From a virus (Duplodnaviria; Caudoviricetes): DNA of 51,683 nucleotides. Location: positions 1 to 51,683 of IMG/VR virus record IMGVR_UViG_3300047552_000616; one strand, given 5' to 3'. Made by a program: the position numbers and the translations under genes. Below the pieces are notes generated by a model. The model had not been told where the DNA came from, did not search any database, and worked only from the letters and a program-made list of their open reading frames with translations. Within the stretch, counting starts at the first letter, position 1; every line of letters begins with the position of its first letter. Of the stretch, positions 1 to 9,400 are shown piece by piece.

Positions 1-123
1 TACGGATGGGACTAGCTCTCGTCTTGCTATTACATTTACTCCATTGTTAACTACTAGTTATTTGGAGCTAGAAGCTAATGTAACATTCCATTGCTCAACT
101 GGCGCTGGTGTTGGACTTTTCGT
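1..123. repeat. Terminal direct repeat (identical to 51561-51683); circular assembly overlap
   Basis: tacggatgggactagc...ggacttttcgt occurs at both ends; the ORF crossing the join stays in frame. Confidence 0.95.
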
Positions 124-382
124 GCATGATGGCACTACAATCTTTAATGTTGTAACATCCGAAATTACCTCTGCATTGGATAATGAAACACAAAGTGTAT
201 GCCTTCGCGCCCTAGTTGCATCTCCCGGTTCAGTTAAAACGTATACTGTAATGGGATTCAAGAATAATGGCGAGACTAGTGTAGTGACAATGCATCAATC
301 TGTTGATGGTAATTTTGGTAATCAAATGGCTGGATACTTCTCTATCAAAGAAGTCAATATGGGAAGTCTAGCCATACTGTAA
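1..382 (+). CDS. C-terminal part of tail fibre-like protein that starts at 50719 and wraps the origin (~407 aa total)
   Basis: ORF 44..382 is in frame with the open frame from ATG 50719 once the 123-bp overlap is removed. Confidence 0.8.
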   Translation, partial: TDGTSSRLAITFTPLLTTSYLELEANVTFHCSTGAGVGLFVHDGTTIFNVVTSEITSALDNETQSVCLRALVASPGSVKTYTVMGFKNNGETSVVTMHQSVDGNFGNQMAGYFSIKEVNMGSLAIL

Positions 383-386
383 CTTT

Positions 387-1373
387 ATGCCCCTCTCCAA
401 TATCATAGATATCATCAGCCGTCAGTTTGGCTTCTCGGTAACAGATGCCGAAGAGAAAGCCACGCTGATTGATGGTATTAATACCGCCGCGCGAAAGATA
501 TACTTAGGCAATGATGGAGTAGGAGATGATCTTGATGGCAGTCTGGTAGAGAATGTATTCAATATCAATCAATCCAGTAATCAAGTATGCTTAACTCCCG
601 ATGCTGGTTGGATTCGTGGTGTAAGATACTTTGATAGTAGACTTCGGGTTGAGATTAACGACATGTATCCACGATATCATCATGGTGGATTTAGTCGCGA
701 AGCTTGGCCTATGAAGTTCCGGGAATTAAATAAGTCCCCACTAGCTCGGGATATTGAGAATCAATCTACACTGACATTTACAATTCCAGCCGTGGATGGT
801 GATATCGTAACAATCACAATCATTGGATCTACTACAAATTCTTCTTTTGTAAGGGAGGTAGTTACCATCCCGGTCGGGCTTAAGTCGGTAGAAACTGTGG
901 CAAACTGGACCACAGTAAAATCTATAGCTAAAACCGGGCGGAGCTTGTATGATATTTCCATCACAGATGCTGGAAGTAACGTCATGGCAGTCTGGCCTAA
1001 CTACATGAAACAGTTGGAACATGTGGTATTTCAGCTATCGGATGACGAATATAATCCTCCGGTCCTTGATCGCGCATCAGTTGAAGTATGCTATAAACAG
1101 TCGTTTGTCCCGATGGAGGAAGATTCGGATGAATTCCAATGTGGACAACAATACGATGAAACTATCGCATGGAAGTTCATCGAGCTATATCAACTCCTAA
1201 AGAAAGATAATGCTCAAGCCGCGCTGGCAGCTAAAGGATTGGTAGCTGAAAGTCTAGGAGAAATTGGACAGAATGCAGATGAGAATCGAGTGAAGAAACT
1301 TAACTTTAGAAAGCCCGGAGTATATAGAGCTTTCGATAGACTTCGTAATGGATATCCATATAGGAGCCTGTAA
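387..1373 (+). CDS. Putative tail adaptor / tail tubular protein A-like
   Basis: 328 aa; helical N-terminus (LIDGINTAARKIY), beta-rich insert, helical C-terminus; precedes nozzle-like gene; mainly synteny. Confidence 0.55.
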   Translation: MPLSNIIDIISRQFGFSVTDAEEKATLIDGINTAARKIYLGNDGVGDDLDGSLVENVFNINQSSNQVCLTPDAGWIRGVRYFDSRLRVEINDMYPRYHHGGFSREAWPMKFRELNKSPLARDIENQSTLTFTIPAVDGDIVTITIIGSTTNSSFVREVVTIPVGLKSVETVANWTTVKSIAKTGRSLYDISITDAGSNVMAVWPNYMKQLEHVVFQLSDDEYNPPVLDRASVEVCYKQSFVPMEEDSDEFQCGQQYDETIAWKFIELYQLLKKDNAQAALAAKGLVAESLGEIGQNADENRVKKLNFRKPGVYRAFDRLRNGYPYRSL

Positions 1374-1378
1374 TTCTA

Positions 1379-3088
1379 ATGTCCTCTCCTGCTGAAGCAA
1401 AGATTATCCAAAGTTCATTTTCAGGTGGACTACGTAGATCAGTAGATGCTACGGAGTTATCTGAAAGTGAATACTTCTTCTTAGCTAACGGGCGCACCCG
1501 GACTAATAAAATCCGGCCTACCAAGAAACATTTGGATATAACTTCCCGAATACCTGAAGGGTTAATGCAAGGTATCTATGGAGCAGATAATTTACTCCTA
1601 GTTTTTGTTAGTGGAAATGCCTATTACTTAGATTTCCTTAATGCTGGCATGGTAGCCAACTGGACTTTCAACAAGCTAAATCCCTTCCAGCAAGTCCGGG
1701 CTGATGTAGAGTATGTCTATGCCCAACTAATTCCCCAAAGCAGTAATAAGTATACTCGTAAGCTATCCGATGAAGGTAATGTGGGAGGGGAAGTTCTACT
1801 GCCCGAAATTGTATTGAATGGTTCCCCATCATGTGCTGTAGTTCAAGATGGATATAGTAGGCCACAGATTATCGAGACAACAGGAGCATGTAGATATTGT
1901 AAGGGATTTGCGGAGTGGGCATACGATGATCCCGAATATGTCCCTGTAGGCAAGAATATGGCATATGTGGATGGGATACTATATACAGTAGATCCTACAA
2001 GTAGTTTCATATTCCGATCTGTTCAAGGTAGGCCACTAGATCATATGGTGGCGATAGACATAGAAGGGAATCCAGTAGATAGTAATGAACTTAAAGGTGG
2101 AGCATACTTCACAAGTCATGATGTAGACTATGAGCGTATTGTAGGTATTCATCAGATACCTAGCAATAACAGGGGATTCATTGTTAGTAGCAGGAAATCT
2201 ACATATATCGTAGCCCCTAACTGGGAACAGACAGTATATGCTCAGCCTACGTTCAATAACATATTTCTCTTTAGTTCAGGTGAAGTTAGTCCGAATGGAG
2301 CTACGGATATTGGTGGAGATACAGCTTTGGTTGATTTCAGTGGAATTAAGTCATTCAATGCAGTAGCAACAACTAGCTTTGATGGTAAGAATGCTCCATT
2401 TAGTAAAGATGTATTCAATCTATTTGAATACTCCCCTAACAAACCAGTTATCCAGACTGTCACAGCCGCGATAACTTATGACAATTATGGGGTCTTTGGT
2501 GTCACGACAATTCATGGGCCAGCGATTATGGTCTATGATACCCTAATTCAGAAGTGGATAAGTTGTGACCTATTAGATGCGGATGCTGGCCTAATTAAGC
2601 AATTCTGTGAAATTAAGGTAGAAGGTATCCGTAAGCTATTTTTCATCACAACTGCTAACAAGGTATTTGAGGCATGGGGAAGTGATGAAACATCTAGTTG
2701 CAAATTGTATACCCGAGAGTGGACTTCAGGCGATCCCGAAATAGAGACCACATTGAATGCAGTCAAACTTCTGTTTATCAATGTAAGAGAATCCGGGACA
2801 GTTTACCTGACACAATTCGCGGATGGCGTTAAGGGAACTCGTAAAAGCTATGCTATTACTGCTCCTACCTATACTCCTTCTTCTGGCTATGTTAGTGTTC
2901 CTTTTCAGGAAGTAGATAGTGGGAACACGGAGAATGTGACATTTGGATTACAGTCTGGTAAGCAGGGATGGAAACAGGGATTACTGATTGAGTGGGATTT
3001 TGATGCAGAACTTAGTCACATTAAACTTATTGCTATGCCTCAAGGTGGAGATGTAGCTACTAAGCAAACATTGAGGACTAGAAGCTAG
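1379..3088 (+). CDS. Putative tail nozzle / stabilisation protein (tubular protein B / P22 gp10-like)
   Basis: 569 aa; starts QSSFSGG; beta-propeller-like repeats; podovirus synteny. Confidence 0.65.
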   Translation: MSSPAEAKIIQSSFSGGLRRSVDATELSESEYFFLANGRTRTNKIRPTKKHLDITSRIPEGLMQGIYGADNLLLVFVSGNAYYLDFLNAGMVANWTFNKLNPFQQVRADVEYVYAQLIPQSSNKYTRKLSDEGNVGGEVLLPEIVLNGSPSCAVVQDGYSRPQIIETTGACRYCKGFAEWAYDDPEYVPVGKNMAYVDGILYTVDPTSSFIFRSVQGRPLDHMVAIDIEGNPVDSNELKGGAYFTSHDVDYERIVGIHQIPSNNRGFIVSSRKSTYIVAPNWEQTVYAQPTFNNIFLFSSGEVSPNGATDIGGDTALVDFSGIKSFNAVATTSFDGKNAPFSKDVFNLFEYSPNKPVIQTVTAAITYDNYGVFGVTTIHGPAIMVYDTLIQKWISCDLLDADAGLIKQFCEIKVEGIRKLFFITTANKVFEAWGSDETSSCKLYTREWTSGDPEIETTLNAVKLLFINVRESGTVYLTQFADGVKGTRKSYAITAPTYTPSSGYVSVPFQEVDSGNTENVTFGLQSGKQGWKQGLLIEWDFDAELSHIKLIAMPQGGDVATKQTLRTRS

Positions 3089-3093
3089 GGAGT

Positions 3094-3453
3094 ATGGATG
3101 ATATAACCCTAAATGATTGCTTTCAGTTTATTCTTAAGTATCGAAAAAATAAGGTATTTAGAGGATTTTCGGAAGCTCAGATTAAGGGAGCACTAAGCCA
3201 GGGATTACAGACTGAGTGTATAATCGTTGACGTTAAAGATAACAAGATATGTGGCTTAGCTTTAGGAATCCCGTTCTTCACAACTTACACGATGCACGTA
3301 TCTCATATCTTGTGTATCGAGGCTGGTTCGATGGCAAGAATTTTGCTACGTTTCATGGAACTTTGGCCAGGTTGGAATATAGAAGCAGAGCGAAAAGGAA
3401 AGCTTAAGAAATACAAACCTAGTATATTTAAGAAGATTTTATCTTATGGGTGA
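3094..3453 (+). CDS. GNAT-fold-like protein (T7 gp13-like position)
   Basis: 119 aa; IIVDVKDNKICGLAL...MHVSHILC pattern; lies between nozzle and ejection genes. Confidence 0.45.
   Translation: MDDITLNDCFQFILKYRKNKVFRGFSEAQIKGALSQGLQTECIIVDVKDNKICGLALGIPFFTTYTMHVSHILCIEAGSMARILLRFMELWPGWNIEAERKGKLKKYKPSIFKKILSYG
3332..3348 (+). promoter_or_regulatory. Candidate sigma54 -24/-12 promoter (intragenic)
   Basis: TGGCAAG-AATT-TTGCTA with GG-N10-GC spacing, ~100 bp upstream of the ejection-protein genes. Confidence 0.45.
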
Positions 3454-3892
3454 CACATTAAACCAGGACTACAAATATTCGATGCCAAGTAGCTTCGGGA
3501 GCACTAATGGTAAGGTATTTGTGCCTAATTTCCTTTTAGCTAGCACGCCATGGCAATATCCGCAATCTGTCCGGGAATCTGTTGGAGGATATTTTGGACT
3601 AAATCCTAAGACTGTAACACAGGATATTGGAGCCATGTATAAGAATCCTATTGTTGGTGACAGAAGGCTAGATCCCAATAGCCCCTGGACTGGATTGGCA
3701 CAGAAAGAGCCTACTGATAGTTTATTCCAGAAACTAGATGCAGCTATTATGGATAATAAAGGAGCTGGCACAGCTAGAGGAGCACAACAATATAGTGGTT
3801 TTGGCACTGGAATGCCAATCAATAGATCTAAAATACGGCAGCAATCCCTTAAAGATGTCTATGCATCTATGGGAATCACACCATCAATTTAA
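3446..3892 (+). CDS. Hypothetical virion protein
   Basis: 148 aa ORF overlapping the upstream stop; within the late operon. Confidence 0.6.
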   Translation: MGDTLNQDYKYSMPSSFGSTNGKVFVPNFLLASTPWQYPQSVRESVGGYFGLNPKTVTQDIGAMYKNPIVGDRRLDPNSPWTGLAQKEPTDSLFQKLDAAIMDNKGAGTARGAQQYSGFGTGMPINRSKIRQQSLKDVYASMGITPSI

Positions 3893-3909
3893 CTAACTGA
3901 TACAATATT

Positions 3910-4758
3910 ATGGGCGACTCTGGACCATCACAAGAACCTACAAGCCAACAGCTATCTAGCTTTACAGCAGCGCTGCCGGGCTATCTTCGCACAGTGGCAC
4001 GGGAGACTTTGCCATACGAACAGCAGATGCTTGGCAATAGGGCTGTTATTGCCCCACAACAGATGTCCCTTGAAGAGGGCTTGTTGGGATACTATGGTCC
4101 TCGCTATGCTGGCATTGGAGCAGATATCCAAGAACAGCTTGCCATGCGTAATGCGATGACAGAAGGTAATGTATTACGTGGTCCGGGAACTGATCTGGTG
4201 ACTTCTGCCCAACAACTTGCCCAGTATGTTGATCCCCAATATTATGCTGGTAGGCAGGCAGCCGGGGGTAAGATGGTGGATCTTATGGGGACATTGAACC
4301 CCTATGGATTGTCCGGTAGCGAACGAGAAGAAGTGGCGCGAGGGTTGAATAGAACTAATTTGGCATCTGGTAATGCTAATACTCCATCCCAAACTGCCGC
4401 GATTAGTAATGCTTTGACTTTTGGTGATAGGTATGCTGCCAAACAAAACCAGATATCCAATATCCTAGCTCAAACGCCAGCACAGTTGGCTAGCTTTAAG
4501 TCCGGAGTGGATGTATTCCAGCAAGCTACTGGTCGGCCTAGCTATGGACAGAATTTCGGGCAAGGACAATATAATACACAACAGGGTCAATTTGGGTCTG
4601 TTCCTGTTGGACTAGCGCAGAATCTATTTGGTGAGGTTGGGCAGAATGTTAGAAACTTCCAGAATATAGATGCCCAGAAGAAAGATTGGGCAGATTATCT
4701 GGGTCAAGTTACTAGCTCGGTTGGTAACCTAACTTCTGGTATGAGCTTTGGAATGTGA
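3910..4758 (+). CDS. Putative internal virion (ejection/pilot) protein
   Basis: 282 aa, Q/G/A/N-rich; first of three size-increasing ORFs typical of podovirus core proteins. Confidence 0.6.
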   Translation: MGDSGPSQEPTSQQLSSFTAALPGYLRTVARETLPYEQQMLGNRAVIAPQQMSLEEGLLGYYGPRYAGIGADIQEQLAMRNAMTEGNVLRGPGTDLVTSAQQLAQYVDPQYYAGRQAAGGKMVDLMGTLNPYGLSGSEREEVARGLNRTNLASGNANTPSQTAAISNALTFGDRYAAKQNQISNILAQTPAQLASFKSGVDVFQQATGRPSYGQNFGQGQYNTQQGQFGSVPVGLAQNLFGEVGQNVRNFQNIDAQKKDWADYLGQVTSSVGNLTSGMSFGM

Positions 4759-4766
4759 AGTAATAT

Positions 4767-6449
4767 ATGAGCACAAGAGCTAACGCAGAGAAATACGGAA
4801 GCCGTCGCGGATCTGGTGGTACTGGATTTGGCGGACTAATGCAATATGCTTTGGGTCTTGGTCCTGATCCAGAAGCTCGTATTCGACGACTGCTGGAAAT
4901 GGAGGATGAATTTAAGACAGCATCCGAAGCTCGCGCTAACGCGGCAGCGGCGGACCGGCAAAGACAGGCCACAGATGAACAGATTAGATTTGGGAAATCT
5001 GAGAGGGAAGCTAAGACAGCAGAAGAGACCAAGAAGTTTGGGGAGACATCTACTGGGATTGGGCAAGCTTTAGGATCTTTGCCTACTGAGGATCTACAGA
5101 GATATATTCCAGCCGGGACTACTTTCGAGTCTCCTGAAGAACAGGCTAGATTTGTAGCAAGTAGACAGCAATTGTTGGCTGGATTGCCCGTGATGTCCGG
5201 GAATCAACAGCAGGATATTCAAAATAGAAATCTCATTGATCTATATGGATCTAGTGAAGGTAGGACTATCCAGAGAGCTGTAGAGGCAAATAAGGGTAAT
5301 GTAAACGTGGGACCAGGACAGGCTGTATTTGGCCCACTAGATACATTTACTGGAAGTGGGAGTAAGGTGTTGAGGAAGTATGAGAAGACAATAGATCCCA
5401 CTACAAACATGGAGAAAATAGTCCCCGTCGATGTAATGGAGACTATTCCGGCCCAACGAACTACCAATGTTAGTGAAGAAGAAATGGCTAAGTTTAAGGG
5501 TGTCCCTAGCGCGGGTGGTGGTAGCCAATACTATCAGGGATATCCTGGTGATTCTCCATTCCCGGCTCGTCCTGCCGCTCCTAGTGTGCCACAAGCTAGC
5601 GCGGAAAGAGCTACTGGACCTGCTCAGAATAGTAGTGCTGGAAGTATGTCTCGCATTGCTGAGTCTATGCTTACTGGTGGTATTTCTGGAATGGGAACAG
5701 AGATTGGAAAACAGATTCAACAGAATTATCAAGAGGCAAATAGAACTGGAAATATGGGTAGATGGGGAAGTCCAGAAACTCCTAAAGTTAGTGGTCCCAA
5801 TTTTTGGGATTTAATTTGGGGTGGACCCGAAAAATATGTTGGTGATATTCTTGGACAATCTATTCAGAAATCTATCCCTAAAGCTAAGCCAGCAGCTAGT
5901 CCTGATAATCCTATCCCACGGGCTACGGGTGAACAGATGGGACCGCCCGCGCCATCTCAATGGAGTCCGGATGGAACTAAATGGATACCGCAAAAGCCGT
6001 TAGATCCAGCAACACTTCCATCTATTGTTCCACCTACATCCCAACTTAATCCCCTAGAATATCTCCCCCAAACAGGAGCTGGTAACTTTGCTCCTGTATC
6101 TACAACCTGGACCGAGCAACTCCCACAAATGACATCCGCGCTAACCGGACTCCAAGATGGCCAATATCCAACGGAGCTTCCTGCGCCCGGAACTGTGCCC
6201 CCATGGCAACCCCAACGAAGAGTCGCGCCAACTTTCGAGTTACCTGAGCCAGCAAATGACTACTTAAGAATGCTCATGAGCGAAGTGGCAAAAGCTATGT
6301 ATCCCCAGAAAGAGCGTGAGTTACAGGATGAATGGGCCGCGAATAAGGCTCTAGTTGAACAGCAACGAATGGCACCATACAATGAATTGATGGCACGGAG
6401 TAAGCAAGAATACGACACGAAGTATCCGCCCTTTGGACCGAAACGCTAA
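4767..6449 (+). CDS. Putative internal virion (ejection) protein
   Basis: 560 aa; N-terminal coiled coil, Pro-rich low-complexity C-half. Confidence 0.55.
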   Translation: MSTRANAEKYGSRRGSGGTGFGGLMQYALGLGPDPEARIRRLLEMEDEFKTASEARANAAAADRQRQATDEQIRFGKSEREAKTAEETKKFGETSTGIGQALGSLPTEDLQRYIPAGTTFESPEEQARFVASRQQLLAGLPVMSGNQQQDIQNRNLIDLYGSSEGRTIQRAVEANKGNVNVGPGQAVFGPLDTFTGSGSKVLRKYEKTIDPTTNMEKIVPVDVMETIPAQRTTNVSEEEMAKFKGVPSAGGGSQYYQGYPGDSPFPARPAAPSVPQASAERATGPAQNSSAGSMSRIAESMLTGGISGMGTEIGKQIQQNYQEANRTGNMGRWGSPETPKVSGPNFWDLIWGGPEKYVGDILGQSIQKSIPKAKPAASPDNPIPRATGEQMGPPAPSQWSPDGTKWIPQKPLDPATLPSIVPPTSQLNPLEYLPQTGAGNFAPVSTTWTEQLPQMTSALTGLQDGQYPTELPAPGTVPPWQPQRRVAPTFELPEPANDYLRMLMSEVAKAMYPQKERELQDEWAANKALVEQQRMAPYNELMARSKQEYDTKYPPFGPKR

Positions 6450-6454
6450 ATCAT

Positions 6455-9400
6455 ATGCCAGTATTTCTACAGCCAGAAGAAAAAGCTAACTTACTGCGAG
6501 CTAAGGGATATGATCCGGCTCAATATGATGTCAATGAATTTGGCATCATTAGCCAGAAGCCACAGCAAACAGTAATCAATCAGCAACCCCCGTCTGGATT
6601 CTCTCCTACCGTAAATCCACCTACAACTGACAAAGTTAGTAGAACACAGGCTTTGGTATCAGGTGCGGGGAGTAGTGCTGGATCTACTGTTGGTGGTCTT
6701 GGGTTACCTGCTTTGGCTATGGGTCTAGGAGTATTCTCTGGAGTTGGGACAGTCCCCAGCTTACTGGGACTAACTGCTCTAGGTATTGGTGGTAGTTATC
6801 TAGGTGGCAAAGCTCAGCAGGGAATTGAGTCAGCAGTGCTCCCGCAACCCGCATTTGAATCTTTGCAGCAATCTAGGGCAGTAGCTCAAGCTGAACATCC
6901 CTATGCATTTGGTGCGGGTGCAGTATTACCTTCGGGTTTTGCTCTCCGTCCCAGTGTCTCAATGCTTCGCGACGCTGGAAAGGCTCTTGTTGGTGCTCGG
7001 CCTATTGGTAGTTTGGCAATGAGAGACTTACCGCTTATTCAACAGCAAGCATTAGCCAACACTGCTATTGGCGGAGCACTTGGAGCAGGTATTCCCACGG
7101 CTCAAAGTTTGATTCAACGTGGTGAATTACCTCCACTGTCCGAATTAATCCCCTCAACTGCTGCGGGATTACTTTTGAATACTCCTACCAAGCTAGTTGG
7201 ACAGAAGATTCTGCGATTTCCTGCCCCAGCTAACAGGGAAATAGACTCTGTGACCGCCGCTAAGTATCAAAAGCGAGTGGATTACTTCAAGGGAATGGGA
7301 TTGGGAGATGAAGAAGCTGCTGCTTTAGCGTTAAAGGAAGCAGAATTACTTCGAGCAAAGGAAAGTGCTGACCTAGAGACCAAGAAATATGGTGATGAGT
7401 ATCGAAGATTGCAAGAAGGTCAGACTGAAGCTGAAAGATTCGCGCAAGAACAGCAGGAAAGAGAGCTTGTAACCTTCCGCGAACAACTTCGGGAGCGCCA
7501 AAAGCTTGCTAGAATACCGGTTGAAGATCAACCTACTCAAGGTCCAGCCTTTACTGCTAAGGATTCGGAAGGGAATTACATTTGGGACAAGAAATCCTTC
7601 GGGCAAGCTGTTAAAAAGGCTGTGGCTACTGGTAGATTTCCAGAATCTCTGCTAAAGAAATACAGAATTGAGTCGGGTGACCCGCGAAGTGTAGATACAT
7701 CCATTAAACTCAATGAATCACAGTTACGGGAGTTCATGGACAAAGAATTCAACCCCGCTATTGGTGAAGCAATGGGGATTGAACAAGATATTCTCAAGCA
7801 ACAGAAGGCAGCAGCGGATGTAGAGAGACAACAAGCTGATGTTAAGAAGGCTAGGGTAGATGCTGCTAATTTACTTAAGCAACAAGCTGCATATAATGAG
7901 AGATATCGTCTATACACTGAGCTAAAGAAGAATAATGTCCCAGAAGAGAAGATCAAGGATTTTGCTGGCCCGGATTATCGGGATTTTTCTAGTAAGTGGA
8001 ACCGGGAGCGTGTAAGCGCGACGGTTAAAGCTGCTCCGGGACTAGATACTGCAGGACGAGAAGGTGAATTAGCATCCGGATTAGAGGGTGGATTGGATGT
8101 GAGGGATATCCAACAGCAAATTGCTGAGGAAGTTAAGCCTAAGATTGAGCCATTTAAGCCAACAGAGCCTGCCGCGCCAACTTATCCCAAACCTGCTGAG
8201 GATATTGATTTGCGACAGCTTCAGGCTACAATGAAGCGGAATCAGTTGGGTGAACCACCAGCAGAAGGGACTACTAGGTATGCTCCCGACGAAGAATCCA
8301 CTCCAACTTCCCCCAAACTTCCATCTCCTCCAGAAGAACCCTCACCAGAAGCCCTAAAGATAGCCGGGCGTGCTGGACTCACAGATATCGTCGGTCGTGA
8401 AGAACTCACTGGCGACAAAGGTGAACCTGTCTTTGGTAAGTGGCAACCAAAGAAACCACAGGAAGCAGAGGTATCCCAACAAGCTCCAGATCCAGATTCA
8501 ATAGCTATCCATGAAGCTAATCACCGGCTGCGGATGAATGATTACGCCGGGATGACTAAGACTGGCAAAGCATTGTGGGAGAGGGGAGAAGCATTGGGTA
8601 ATGATGCAGCCAAGGCTTTGGGTATTAGTCCCGAAGAATTACTTGTTCGCGCTATCACGCCCCGGACTAAGGAACTAGCTCGGATGCGCCTAAGTCGCGA
8701 GCGCGGGAATCAGCTTAAAACATGGTGGCGAGATTTCATGTCCAATGTGCGCTATACTTTGGGCAAGGATACTGCTGATGATATTGCCAATATACTATCA
8801 AGACGACAACTGGATCAGATTAACTATTGGGAAAGTCCATTGGCAGGTAAGGATATCTTGACAATGGTTAAGGGAATTCCGGGATATGGACAGGGAGACA
8901 CTAGACTTGCCCCCGAAAAAGATAAGTTCGGATATGTGGATATGGATATCCCAGCAGCTAAAGCTATAGCTGAGAAGGTCGGACTTAGGTGGGATGGTGA
9001 ACAGGGATGGTATGGGGAGAATGATCAGGTAGAAGGTATTTGGGGATTTACTGATACAAATCCGAAATCACCAGCATATAAGGCTACGTTCTACACTAAG
9101 GCCGGGGCTAGTGAAGGGGAAGTTCGGGCTAAGTTTGAGGAGAAGGTGGGGCAGTTTAAGAGTGGGGGGGAGGGGGAGACTAGATATGCTCCCGCTACAG
9201 ATACAGGAGAGAGTCCTGCTAGTGCTAAGCTTCCCTCCCGTCCCGATCCATTTCACCATCTCCTAATGCCAGTAAATGAGAAGGTAAAACTCATTGGTGG
9301 ATCTTCTGCTGGATTGTTGAGTAAACAGCTTAAAGCATTCGAGGGTGGCAGTAAATACTATCGGGGACAGTTTGTCAGTAAACTACAGAATATCTCCGAG

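Noticed and set aside
1-123. Terminal repeat as a biological DTR
   Set aside because: It falls mid-gene with the frame preserved, as expected of an assembler overlap on a circular contig
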